Shown in pieces: positions 48,558 to 61,273 of a stretch of DNA of 64,000 nucleotides. The stretch covers positions 1,736,001 through 1,800,000 of the forward strand of contig NW_027191417.1 in assembly GCF_041146345.1 (NCBI RefSeq), read 5' to 3'. The notes beneath the pieces are model-generated. The model had not been told where the DNA came from and did no database searches. It saw only the letters and a program-made list of their open reading frames with translations. This stretch comes from Neodothiora populina. Its lineage: Eukaryota. Position numbers and translations under genes: made by a program. Every line of letters begins with the position of its first letter. The first letter of the stretch is position 1.

Positions 48558-49752
48558 CTATGCCTTGAAAAGGGCCTTCTGGGTGTCGTAAGTGTACTTG
48601 AGGTCAAGATGCCAGTAGTTCGGCGTCGTAGCCTTTGTGATCAGCCACCCATCATCCAGGGCCTTGACCACCTCCTCCGGTAATGGACCCTTCTCGCAAT
48701 CGGCCAAATTTGTCTTGAGCTGATCTAAGCTACTAACACCCATGATGATGCCGTCCCTACCACCGTCTTTGATGTTGAGGCCGCTGTGGTGCACACACCA
48801 TCTGAACGCAGTCTCCACCATGGTGAGGTTGTGCTTCTTGACCACAGGTTCAATGACACGCAGAGCCTCCCAAGTCGCGTCTTTGAAATACCTTGCGCGG
48901 TACATTTGCCCCATCTTACCGACAGAATCGCTGTATCTGCCTTCGGTGGGAACGTCACTGGACTTGTACTTGCCGGAGAAGATGCCTCCAGCAATGGGGT
49001 TGTAGATGACAATGTCAAGACCATAGCGGCGGCAGGCTGGGATGAGCTCTGCGTCCAGCGATCTGGTGATGGCGTTGTACATGCCTTGGTAGATAGAGGG
49101 CCTCACCCAGCCGTTGTACTTGCATGTCATGACGACCTCTGCAACCTCAAAGGCAGTGTAGTTAGACAGGCCCAACTGGACGAATTTGCCGTCCTTGTGA
49201 GCCTTATTCACAGCCTCGAGAGTCTCGGCGAAGGGAACCGACCTGTCTGCGATAGAGCGTCAATAAAAGCTCCAACACCAACTGATTCCCGTACTTACCA
49301 GCAGCGTGCAGGTAGAAGATATCCACGCATTTCGTGCCAAGCTCTTCCAAACTCTTGTCCAGGGAAGCAATGATGCGCTCAGCGGAGTGTTGACCCGGCT
49401 CATGCGGATAGCACTTGGTGGCCAAAGTCAAGCCTCTGTCTTGCCATTTTGCATCCTTGGTCCAAGCCTCTTGCTTGCCGCCAACATAGGATCTGGCAGT
49501 GTCGATCTCGTTATAGCCCTGTGATTGCAGATAATCGAGAGTCTTGTTGTACTCGTCAAGACTAGTCACTCTGGCTCCGGTGTTGGTGTCGGGGCCAAAG
49601 GTCATGGTGCCCAGGATGACCCTGGGCTTGCCGGTTCCTGTGATAAGCATGTTGCTGTTATGTGTGATTGTTCTTCGACTAGAGGGCAGATTGACAAGAG
49701 TGCTGCGGAAGATCAAACGTGCTGAGGTTGGCCTGATACAGGTTACTCGCAT
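48558..49752 (-). CDS. Aldo-keto reductase (aflatoxin B1 aldehyde reductase/AKR7-like)
   Basis: VILGTMTFG, IDTARSY, LATK, DIFYLHA|ADR, LGLSNY, YQGMYN, YNPIAGG; one intron; in-frame ATGs at 49752 and 49650. Confidence 0.92.
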
Positions 49753-50435
49753 GAATTACTTTGTCTTCTGACGGTAAATGGTGACGGCACAATCATTTAT
49801 ATCGACGAGGGGAAGTGGGGTAAAGACGGAGACGATCATAAAGTCCGGCATATTGTGTGGACTTTGCCGGATATAAGATGATGACATGGCGATAGCGAGC
49901 GTCTTCTGCGAGTCCTGCTTATGTGTTTAGAAATCAATTTCGCCATGCTCCCGTGTCGAGGAACATCATCTCGAGACAACGCATGAGCTGTGAATTATTT
50001 GTTGATCTGTGACCCGCTATCAGTTAATACTATGCATGTTTTGCGCGAAGAATGCGTTGTTGAACGCGAGATATATGAGACATGAATCCTGCGAGCTAAG
50101 CTTCTGCACTGTTGTAACAATCTCTTGGCGTGCGTCGTTGTCTGGAGCGACCCCACATCCGGTACACACGGGTGCTGTCACAACAACATCTGCCACTGCA
50201 GTCACAAGGCACAGAACAATCGTATAGAAGAAGATAGTGTGGTGCGAGAGCAACATCGAATAGCTGTGGGGGCATCGGCTTTCTACTATATTCATATTTC
50301 GCTTCGCTCTTCAATTGTAGTGGTAGATTGTACCACCGCTGGAAGACATACATATCGTCTTCCTTGTAGTAGCCTGACCGCGAGCATATCCGACTCCGAG
50401 TCATAGGTATCAAAAGATACTCGACCTTGCCCGAG

Positions 50436-51658
50436 ATGCTTGCAAGGCCCGTTCTTATCGCCACATTCCTGGTCTCTGCAGTGAATGCCTGGGGTACAGG
50501 TAGGTAACGATTGTCTCCCCCAGCAACTTTGCTTTTCTTTCTGTCTTGTCTTCCTCGTCCATGCCGCCATATAAGAACACATAATCTTTCGTAAGCTGCT
50601 CCTGCCAGCATCACGCTCACGCCAGAGTCACAGATGTCCATAACCAGATCGGTCTCGCAGCAGAAGCCTTTCTCACCCCGGAGACAACAGCAATCATCCA
50701 GAGAATCCTAGAGCCATACTACGAAGGCTCAATAGGCCGAGCAGCAGCGTGGGCAGACGGCTACGCCCACACAGCTAACGGCAGCTTCTCCTACCCCTGG
50801 CACTGGATCGACTCCGAGGACAACCCGCCTTCCCTGTGTAGTCTGGACTTCGCCCGTGATTGTCCGCCCAAAGGATGTGTAGTGGCGGCCATCGCCAACC
50901 AGACCGCGATACTGCGCGGGTGTGTCTCACGCGCCATATCCGGAGACCTTGTCGACGGCTCTGATATCCAGTGCTCGCAAGCACTCAAATGGGTCACGCA
51001 TTTCATAGGCGATGTCGCACAGCCGCTGCACGCCTCGGGCAGAGCAGCAGGAGGTAATTTCGTGCGAGTCGTCTACGGAGGTCAAAACACCGAACTGCAC
51101 GCCGTAAGTCTTTCTTTCTCCACCTCCTTCCTCTCCCCTTCTTCCCTCACAGATCCGCGAAGAAGAAAGACAACGACTAAGCCGGCCAAAAAGGTCTGGG
51201 ATTCCTACATTCTCCACTCCGACGCGAACCTCGCACCGCACACGACTTTCCCCCACGACTCCCTGTCCCCCTTCTTCGCACATCTGATCTCGCGCATCCG
51301 TTCCGACGACTTCAACCCTCCTCCGTCGCAGACATGGCTGTCCTGCGCCGACCCCGCGACGCCGGTCGAGTGTGCGCTGGAGTGGGCTAGCGAGTCGAAT
51401 CGGTGGACGTGCGAGTATGTGTACCTTATGCTTCGTGGACCAGGCGACGATGGCGACGACAGTAAAGGTGCGGATGCAGTTGATTTGTTGACGAATGGGT
51501 ACGCGCAGGGTGCGTTTGGCATCGTGGAGACGCAGGTGGGCAAGGCGGCTTTGAGGTTGGCTACGTGGTTGAATATGATTGTGGCGTATGAGCTTGGGCA
51601 GCAACAAGAACAACACTCGACAGAACGGGTGGATCTGCGTATGATCGTGCAGGATTGA
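50436..51658 (+). CDS. S1/P1 nuclease (secreted)
   Basis: Signal peptide ending VNA-WG.DVH, WAD, WHWID, HFIGDVAQPLH, GGN, LHA|VWD; two introns. Confidence 0.92.
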
Positions 51659-52032
51659 TCTTGTACAAGTTTAATGCAGCCCATGACCTTATGTCGAACA
51701 ATTTGAATCTACAAATACCTACATACCTCGCTCTGATCTAGCCAGTCGTTACAAGTGCACCAATGTACGAACGAACGAGATTTGTTATAACCAAGTGTAT
51801 TTTGACATGTGCGCGAGAAGATTATATGACAATCTCAAGGGGGAATCTCAACCAGTGGACGCCAATCCAAACATCCCGATGAACGCCCCACCCGAAACAA
51901 ATCCTGCCATATCACATGTTCCCCTATACCAGAAACGATTGTCAAAGTATTCCACAGCGCCAAATCGATCATTACCACATTTGTTTGTTTTCGTCGCACA
52001 CTCCCTTCGCCCTTTTGTTCTCTCGTCGTCGC

Positions 52033-55000
52033 TCACATCACAGCGGTAGCTTCCCAACCTCCCAACAGAGCATCATCGGAAGGGCCGAAGTGAGGCATGA
52101 TGATACCAGGATACGCGTCGTTGGAACTGCCAACGCTGGGCCAGTCACTGACGCCAGGGTACATTTCCTCTCCGCTATTGCCAGAGCCGTCGTCGGTACT
52201 GATACTGAAGACGCTCTCCGGCTGAGCCTTGAACTCGCCGAACGACCCGGTTTGAGACGCGTCTGCTCCAGTATTCATGTGCCATTGAAGGTCTGCTGGC
52301 GAGCCCCATGGAAGAGACTCTGTCGACCCGGATTCGACAATGTCTGGGTTCGATGTGTTTGCCTTCTGTTTTTGATCTAGCGTAGCTAGAAATTCGACTG
52401 CTGGTCCGCCATATATGTTATCGAAGATATTAGTGTGAGTACCATCAATGCTACCCAGGAGCCGCTCCCAGTCGGTAGGCTCGGTTTTGATGGCCGGCCC
52501 AGGCGCCTTTCCAGCGTCGCCAATGAGATCAGGAGTCTGCAATCTAGTCGGCGCGTTGCTGAAAGACAAGTAGTCCAGGTTGATCTTGCGGTGGGGCGTC
52601 GGTACGGATGCACTGACAGCCGGAGGTGCGGAAGGACGAGTCGCCTCAGGAGCGACGAAGAGACTAGAGGGACTGCGAGCTGGCTCAGATCGGGCAATTT
52701 GGATTGGCGTTGCAGTTGCCGCCAGTTTAGGCTGACTCTGTGCTTGAGCTGATTCGCTGTACATGGCAATGATCGGGAAGGTTGCTCGACGACCATCAAT
52801 TGGGATACCAAGGCGTCGTGCGGCCTTCTGTAGCTTGTTCTGTTCCGGTCCAGATATTGTGAACAGATCCGGACTTGGAAGGTGGCCATCCGAGTTATGG
52901 CGTGATAGTGAATGGTGGGGCTGTTTCGAAGCAGGCGCATGAAGTGGCAGATGCGCTCGAGTGATTCGAGCAAAGCGAGCTGCGCATGAAGACTTGCTGG
53001 TCTCGAGCATGCCAGATGCAGCCGCCATCACTTTCTGCATGTCCTTGTAGAGCTTACTACTGCTATCGAGATCGATACTCTGGTACAGCAGACCAAGCCC
53101 GGAAAGCACAATGACCTCATCTTTGTTAAGGCAGAAAGTAAAGGCCAATCCACGCTCATTCAGCAAGGCCAGAATCTGAATGATATGTTTACTGGATGAT
53201 GACAAGGCTAACATTGAGGAGGAGGCTCGACTGCCAAGACCTGCAATCACAGCAGGACGGTGGATAAGCGACCGGATGAAATGATAGGTGAGCGAAAGCA
53301 GAGGCGACCGGCTGCTAGTGGTGCCAGTGCTCGGTCTATCCTGGGCGAACGGTAGGCGAAGATGAGGCGCCAAGGATTGCTGCCATTCATCGAGTTCTTC
53401 ACTCAAGGAGGCCAACTTCTGTAGAGACAGGTTATACGAAGGCAGGGCAGGATAGACTTCTTCGAGCACACGGGACAAGATCCGCGCGGCGCGGAAGAGA
53501 GCAAGTGCACTCGAAAGTCTAGTGTGTTCGCCTGGGCAGGGGGCCTTGAAGCCCGACTCCTCGATATACTCTTCATCGGCGTCCACAGGATATTCGCAGT
53601 GAACATCATCATCCTTGAGCAGCTTGGGAAGACCAAGGGTAATTGACGAGAAGCTGATCGATTTGAGTCAGCAAACGTTGACGTGTGGGGATCCGAAGCG
53701 GGGTAAAATGTTGGTCACGGGGCAAGACAAGAAGACAAAACTCCGGGCCTGCTTACCAGTCAATTGTGTAGAGAGTCCAGAACGCCTTTTTACGAGTCTC
53801 GCAAGTCAGTGTGCCAAGGGCGAAACGCGTCTGAGACTGGTGCAGGCCAAGCCTTGATGAAAGAGGAACGGCCAAGGCCTTGTACATCAGAAGCCTGTCG
53901 TAGTCGCCTCTTTGAATGCAGTAGATCTGAGCTAGGATCAAGCATTGTAAGGTAGACATGCTGTGCTGGGTGAGGATGGAGTCGATGGCGGCTTGCCATT
54001 GTGCCTCCATGGAGAGAAAATCGGGGGTATCCCGCATCTGTTATTGTCAGTACTCTGTGTGGTACAATTCCAAGATGTGACATACGCCTGTCGATAGTGC
54101 AGCAATTCCGAAAACGAGATTGAGCAGTGCATGGCTGCAGTTATCAGTGATGCTTTCAGGTTCTTGCATGTATCTCTGATAGAGCTCGAGGAAAGAAGGT
54201 CGATGTAGCACAGGAAACAACGGTGCCCATTCTTGGAAGAAAACAGCGATCAGTCTATCAGACTCAAGTCTTGGGGGAGCTTTCCAAGTGACAGGTTCTG
54301 ACAACGGATCGCGCACATTGATGGGTCGATTGTCTGTCAGTAAGCCGTCTGCTACGATATCGGAAGTATCTCGCCCGCATTGCTGCGCCTTTTGCTTGAA
54401 CGCATCTACAAAATCCGTTATTTTCGAGTAATTTCTGAAATTTAACGAATAATGAGCCATACCTAAGAACGACCTGCTGCTTGACGTTCCGGTGAAGTAC
54501 GACATAGGTCCCTGGCCTTCCAGGTACGGTGACTGCTGCACCCGAAATATGTACTCCTTAGCCGGAGTCTCCCGGATCTGTGCAGAGGAAAGATGTGCAG
54601 GTGACGCAGCCGGGGGTGATTTCGATGAGCGTTGTGATGAATGATTTGACGTGCTCGCGGCAGAATGTGAATGTAGTTTCGAGAGCATGTCGATTTTCTC
54701 GTCCTTTTCGTCCAAAAGATCTTTCAACTCTCTGACCTCCGTTTCCAGCGCACGTACTCTTTCCTCGAGGGACTCGGTATATCCTCGCGGGAAGGCTCGT
54801 CGACTCAACTTGTCGCTGGTCTTGCACTCAAAACCGACACTCGAACACTGCGAGCAACACGGTCGGATGCCGTCGCATCGTATTTTCTTACTTCGACATC
54901 TGATGATTGGCAGTAAGCACCAAGACTAATTGTTAATGTGGAAGGCGCCAGCAACCTACCTATCGCAGGCTTGAGCAATACGCGTTTGGGCGTTATTGCC

Positions 55001-55036
55001 AACCTTGATGACCTTCATGGGGAGTATGCCTGGCAT
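52033..55036 (-). CDS. facB: Zn(II)2Cys6 acetate-utilisation activator FacB/Acu-15/Cat8-like
   Basis: [71 protein letters not shown]; fungal TF middle region; four introns. Confidence 0.93.
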
Positions 55037-56764
55037 GATGGGCAGGTGCGAGGCGGGTCAAACGGAAAGGGTAGGTATAGGGACAAGAGTATGGAAAGAC
55101 AGAGACGGAATTACGCATTCGTGTAAGTTACGTTTTAGTTAAAGGTACGGGCTGAGAGATCGAGGCCACAAGCCGGTGCTTATCGAGGGTGGGCGGTCGA
55201 TAACCACTGGCCAGTCAGGTGGGGTTGCCTCGGTGCTGGTAATGATGTGCAGCCTTTCAGGTTTCTGGGTTCTCAATTCACTCTCAATGAGGAACCACAC
55301 AAAGTCGATCGAGAGCGAGTCAGATATGACGAGCTGGACAGTCAGACTAGCTAGAACGTAGAAAAGAGGTCGTGTCAAGAGGTGAGCAGAGTTCAATGAT
55401 TAATAGTCCGACGGGCATCGCCCATCATCTGCGCCTTGCCGTTTTCCTGAAGAAACCTGGGGGAGTCAGTGCCGCAGATGCCCCAGACGCCATTTGGCTT
55501 TAGCGTAAATGCAAATGTGGGAGACCATTCCCGATATGGCACTGGGAAGCCTCGGAATTGTATCGGTGAATCAGAATAGGCAAGGGTGATTGGTCTGATC
55601 TGCCTGCTGACCAGAACAAAGCATTCCATTTTCCTTGGTACTTGCGGGGATGATATGCAGCGTCCAGCGCCGAAGATTATGAAACTCTGAATATGCCTGT
55701 TCCCCCTTATTCGTCGGCCGGTACTCGTTTCCGAATCGCGCAAGCTGATGAGCTTAAACGATCCTCTGTCACTTATCACTGGTCCACCTCTCCGTAGCTG
55801 CCCGATATGGCGGATGTGCATGGAGCCACATGGTGCATGTACTGGACGTATGGCTATAAACCATTAGCTGATGACATTATCGCATGTACACACTGCGTTC
55901 TTGTTGCTCGATGCTGCGAAGATCGCGAATATCCTGCAATTCCTAGTCAGATGCCATCTATGTTTTATCATAAGGTAAGGTAGCCAGCTCGATCAAAAGG
56001 GAGTCGAAATACGCACGTGCTCTAGGCATTGAACACGAATCATGGCTTGACTGTGTGCGTTTCCTTTCGTTCGCGATCCTCCAGTTATGAGTCTAAGTGG
56101 CCTGTCTTCCTGGCCGTTATGCGTGTGACAGAATACGTACCCTCTACCTCCACTGGTACCATATGGTAACCTAGTAGTGAATGTATCTATCTTGGTCGCT
56201 TAGCTTGACCTTTGACCCTCTAGTCCGTGTGATGGTACAGCGAAATCCTGGCAGCTATTCAAGTCTGAGTTCTGGCACAAGATAAGGCATGCATTGCTTT
56301 CACTTCTCTAGAAGTCTGACCAATGAGCCTAGAGCTGAACAGAAGAGTACGATTTTGTTCGGATACCAGCGTGCCAATTCCACGAGGAATTGAATAACTT
56401 AAAGTAGATATGTGCTCAATTTTCGTCCGGTAACCTTGTATTGTGCTGTGCGCTGCAGTGCCATAGGAAGTACACCAGAGAGGGTTCTGATGTGCGACAA
56501 GCTTTCCCCTGCGGGGTGGATCCACCAGTCCCCCGTTGCAGACTATGAGCACTAATGTGGGGTAGTTCCAGTCCCAGCTCCGTTATATACAATTCCATTT
56601 GCCGTTGCTCAGATCAGCAGTGGAACGTCGTTTATGGTGAGGTACAGGTAGATCTCATTCGACTTTATCAGCTACGTTACTGGTCATGTACTACACTATA
56701 GGTGACCCTTTTCAACTGTCGACGACTCACATTGGCCACTTGAGAGCCCAGAGATCTTTCTGCA

Positions 56765-58496
56765 TCAGGAAAAGTCCTCGATCCCTTCTTCGACCTGGTT
56801 GGCAGATGACGATACGGTGGCAAGGTATTCAGCCACAGTCTTGCTCTGTGCGAGCTCGTTTTTCTAACATGGAACATCAGTAAATTGCGTGGCGCGAATT
56901 GTTTGTTCAGGGTCTGAAGAACTTCTGCACGTACCACATCCTCAAAATAGCTGTATGCTTTCTCCATCAATTGCCCTTCCAGGTCCCGAAGTTTCATTGT
57001 AAGCTGCCATACTCTAGTTCTCACCTCGGTTTCCTCGCCATGATCAACTTGATTCACCCTGTCTTCGCAGCCATAGAGTTCAGTGAGCTGCGTAGCTATC
57101 CTTTCCTGCAGGATGACGGTGGCTCGAAGACGGAATAAATTCCACATATCATCTTCTTCCAGGATGGCCTTCAGATTTGCGAAGCTATCAATTTCTTCGT
57201 TCTTCCATGTGGCCACAAGCTCTCGTTCGCCTTGGACGGTTTGCTGAACCTTGAAGCATAAACCGTCTTCTTCGTTGACGCAAAGAAGCCAGACATAGTC
57301 GCCCTCCCATGCTATGCCATCTTCTGTATCGACGATCTTGAAGCCGGGAGGACAGTCGGCGACAATCGTCTTGGCATGCCCCAGAGGATCATCCTCGGGT
57401 ATCGATAGACTTAGGAACAGCTCCCGAGCGGTGTGCATATCGTCTTCGATGAAGCCATAGGAGAACAGCATTTCACAGGCACCTTTGTTGTCCCCGTATG
57501 TTATCGTGATTTCGCTGTCGGCACTGATGGTTGTCCCTTCCCGTAGCAACAGCAAGGCATTTCCCTGATCATCAACTTCGTAGATAGCACCGGTCTTTTC
57601 TCCACTTGCATGATTAGACATATCAATACCTGGTACCATGCAATCTCCTACGCCTGGAAACTCGAGTGCTCTTGAGCGATACATGGCGTCGACTTGTAGC
57701 CAATCGTCAAAGGATAGGAGCCCATCTACCTCGTTCCACCATGACTCTACGCACCAGGGGATACCTGCGGTGGCCGCGCGCAATCGGTCAAATTCGCGGT
57801 ATAATGAGTTCAACTTCGCATTGATAGCGGGGGCAAGAGTAGTGCCACGAAGCAAGTCACGTTCGGAATCATTCCAGAAAGTCGGGAGCAACTCCAGCGG
57901 CAAAAACTTGACATATTCCGCGAAGGGGGTGGACACTCCCCGTCTCGGCTCCATCGAAGAGCAGACAGTGAAAGATTGCATGAGCAGGAAGGAGAGGATA
58001 GCGCCTCGAGCGGTCTGACGCGCGGTCAGCCCGACCTGGTCCTTTATACAGATGTGATATCATTGCATCCACGCGCTGAAGCCGCTCGTGGACGCATGCG
58101 CTACATAGTCTGCGCTGACGACGACCATAATGTAGGATGCTTCACCGGGTTCAATGTACACATGTGACGAGAAGAGGAAGGTAGAAGAGAGCATATTAGA
58201 CCTACCCTGCCGAAGTCTTCCAAGCCTTCTAGTACAGCACGAAAGTCGCCATCGGCTTTGGCATGTTCGCGAATACGTTCTAGGGACAGAATCAGGTCTT
58301 GTGGGACTACCATCAGCGGTGGCTCAGAACCGCCGGTCAATTGACGCTGAGCCACGACGGTGGAGCCTCTGTCCTCCAAGCCAGGTATAGGGGCAATCTT
58401 TATGTTGTTGAAAGAAACTCCATTAAAAGCAGCCCAGACAGGCAGAGCGTCAACGGGCGATCTGAGCCAACCCTCTGTCTTGCCCTGGAGAATCAT
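56765..58496 (-). CDS. SET-domain protein lysine methyltransferase (Rubisco-LSMT/RKM-like)
   Basis: WAAFNGV.F, LPTFW...ER.LL.GT, YRSRAL, MVPGIDMSNHA, ITITYG.K...E.LFSYGF; two introns; ends EDFS*. Confidence 0.88.
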
Positions 58497-59057
58497 GAGG
58501 CAGCACGGATGTCTGAGCAGACGATGACGTGTGGCGACAGGAGAGATGTTGTTTTGGCTGTAAAGTATGCAGATGCAGTAGCAGGACGGTGGATAGGCAA
58601 TTCGAGATTGATCGAATCGTGGTTGCAGAGGCAACTAAGAGCACGAGGCAGCACGGGGCAAAAGCTCGTGGCGGGTGAATGTGCAAGTCGAGGCGCCATT
58701 GGTCTTGGCAGGTCAAGCATGGGTCTCGGATGTTTACAACAACAAACGAGAAGCACAACATTGACATCTTCTCAAAGAGAGCAGCGCTTCCAAGATATCT
58801 CTTCTCCATAACCATCCTTACTATTCTTTGGTATCAGCAGGAGGATTAAAACATTCAGGTTCAGTTCCTTGATGCTGCGCTAGACTTCCTCTGCTTTCAC
58901 TTCGCCTTCTTTTGCCCCGCCACACGCTCAGCTCAGTTACACTCCCGCGTTCCCGTCGCGAGTCTGCAAGGGTCAAACAATCGTCGCATTTTGATATACA
59001 GAGCTGTCCACCTAGAGGCAACAAGGACTTGCTCAGTGAAGCAAGAATTATTTGAAC

Positions 59058-61273
59058 ATGGGTCACCAGCGTCAATCGTCGCAGGTGGATGAGTCGCCAG
59101 CTGCCGCGACTAGTTATGGACAAGTGATCGAGTACATCCAAGGTCGGTCGGTCGTGTCGGTGTTCGATAAGATGCGCGAAGCATCACATATATTATCAAC
59201 AAAACACAAGGCAACAATCAACACAATGAATTAACGAGGCTGATGAATAAAACCAGATCGACTTTATCTGGCTGCATATACGCATACTCCCAACGCTCAC
59301 ACACCTTTCCCTTACTCGTCTGCTGCGAAGCAGAGCAGATCTCCCTCGAAGCGCTCGTCCAGGGCTCAACACGCAGCAACACCGGCTTCTACACAATCAC
59401 ACCCTCCCGTCTATTTCTCTGTCGACAAGCATCTCCTCTACAATGCATTCCATGCCGACTTTGGCCCACTCCACATTGGTCACCTTTACCGCTTTGCAGT
59501 TATGCTTCATGAAGTGCTTGGCGATCCCGAGAACGAGCACCGGGCTGTCGTGTTTTGGAGCAACCCTGACTCGAGAAGTGTGTCAACATCATCGCTTTAT
59601 TTTTGTCTCGTTGTTTATCGTACTGACCGAGATCAATTGCAGGTCGTGCGAACGCCGCATGCATCTTGGCCTGTTATATGATTCTTATCCAGAACTGGCC
59701 CCCACACCTGGCTCTTGCGCCAATCGCTCAGATGGATCCCCCAGCGATGCCGTTCCGCGATGCCGGCTACAGTCAAGCCGATTATGGTCTGACTATCCAA
59801 GATGTCGTGTACGGTGTGTGGAAGGCCAAGGAAGCCGGCCTCTGCGGTCTCAAGGACTTCAGCCTCGAAGAGTAAGCGCGACCTCATTCTCTTGGCATCA
59901 ATTCAATACGCGGACGCCACTTTTAACACCTGTGATCTATAGATATGAGAAGTACGAGCGAGTAGACATGGGAGACTTCAACTGGATATCGCCACACTTC
60001 CTTGCCTTTGCATCGCCTCAACATCAACCAGCTCACCTCATCACACCCAACGACCCCCTCTACGCCACCCTGCCTCGATCGCTTTCGTCACTACACCGCA
60101 ACACTACAATCCCTCAGCCTTTCAAGAACGTGCTGTCGCATTTCGTCGAGCGTGGCATTGGTCTTGTCGTTCGCCTGAACTCTGAATTGTACTCTGCTTC
60201 ATACTTTCAATCTCTGGGCATCAAGCATCTGGATATGATCTTCGATGACGGTACCTGTCCACCATTGAGCCTCGTGAAGAAGTTTGTCAACCTTGCGCAT
60301 GAGATGATCAACGTGAGGCGCAAGGGCATCGCAGTCCATTGCAAGGCAGGTCTAGGCAGGACTGGCTGTCTTATTGGTGCCTATCTCATTTACAGACACG
60401 GATTCACTGCCAACGAGATCATTGCGTACATGCGCTTCATGCGCCCGGGAATGGTCGTCGGTCCTCAGCAGCATTGGCTGCACCTCAACCAGGGCACTTT
60501 CAGAGAGTGGTGGTTCGAGGACACCATGCGCGAAAAAAATTGCAGCATCAATGGTTCCTTCGACGCCCACCAGGTCAGCTGCTAGACGACTTGCCAGCAA
60601 CGGTCAAACCTTCACTCCTCCCAACGGCGGCAGTGGCAAGCGCTCCGCTCTTGGGGAAATCGCTCATGTCAACGAGCAGCAACCGTCGACGTTTGCCAGC
60701 AGCCTTGGTGTGAACGACGAAAACCTTCCGGCCCCGACACCTGGCCAACCACGCAAGACCAGCAAGGCGTATGGTCTCATCGGCTCGCGAAAGCAGGCCG
60801 TGAAGAGCGAGAATGAGCCCTTCGAAGTTCGCCCCGATACCGAAATTGTCAGCATGCAGCGAACGACCATTGGCGACAGCGAGAGCGAGGAAGAGTACGC
60901 TCTGCGCATGCTCACGACTTCACGAAAACCGAGCCAGTCCCCTGGCGCCCGTAGCGCGGTCAGCCGAAGCGGCAAACGCAGAGCTGTAAGCTGCACCACC
61001 ACCACTACCACAATGACGAAGTGGGATATGGAGAACAGCGACGTCGAGAATCGTCTTGTTGACGGGGAAGACGCCAAGCTTGCCCAGATCACGGAATCTC
61101 CCTCACGCCGGCCGAAGACTCCAAGCAGCAAGACCAACAGCGGCCCCGGTGGTCTGAGTGTAGGCAAGAGGAGCAGCACGCTCCGCCGTAGCACCGAAGG
61201 CAAGACCAGTGTGCGCAAGACAAGTGGCCGTGTTGGCTCACACGGCTCGACCCTTCGCACGCGACAGTCTTGA
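59058..61273 (+). CDS. CDC14: Dual-specificity phosphatase Cdc14; apparent 1-nt frameshift at 60533-60539
   Basis: YNAFHADFGPLH, PFRDAG, GDFNWI, VVRLN..LY, FDDGTCP, HCKAGLGRTG, RPGMVVGPQQ; C-terminal tail (LPAPTPGQPRK) in another frame; three introns. Confidence 0.93.

Noticed and set aside
64..55036. Thiolase, FBP1 and facB as a gluconeogenic gene cluster
   Set aside because: Spread over 55 kb with many unrelated genes between; no evidence beyond coincidence
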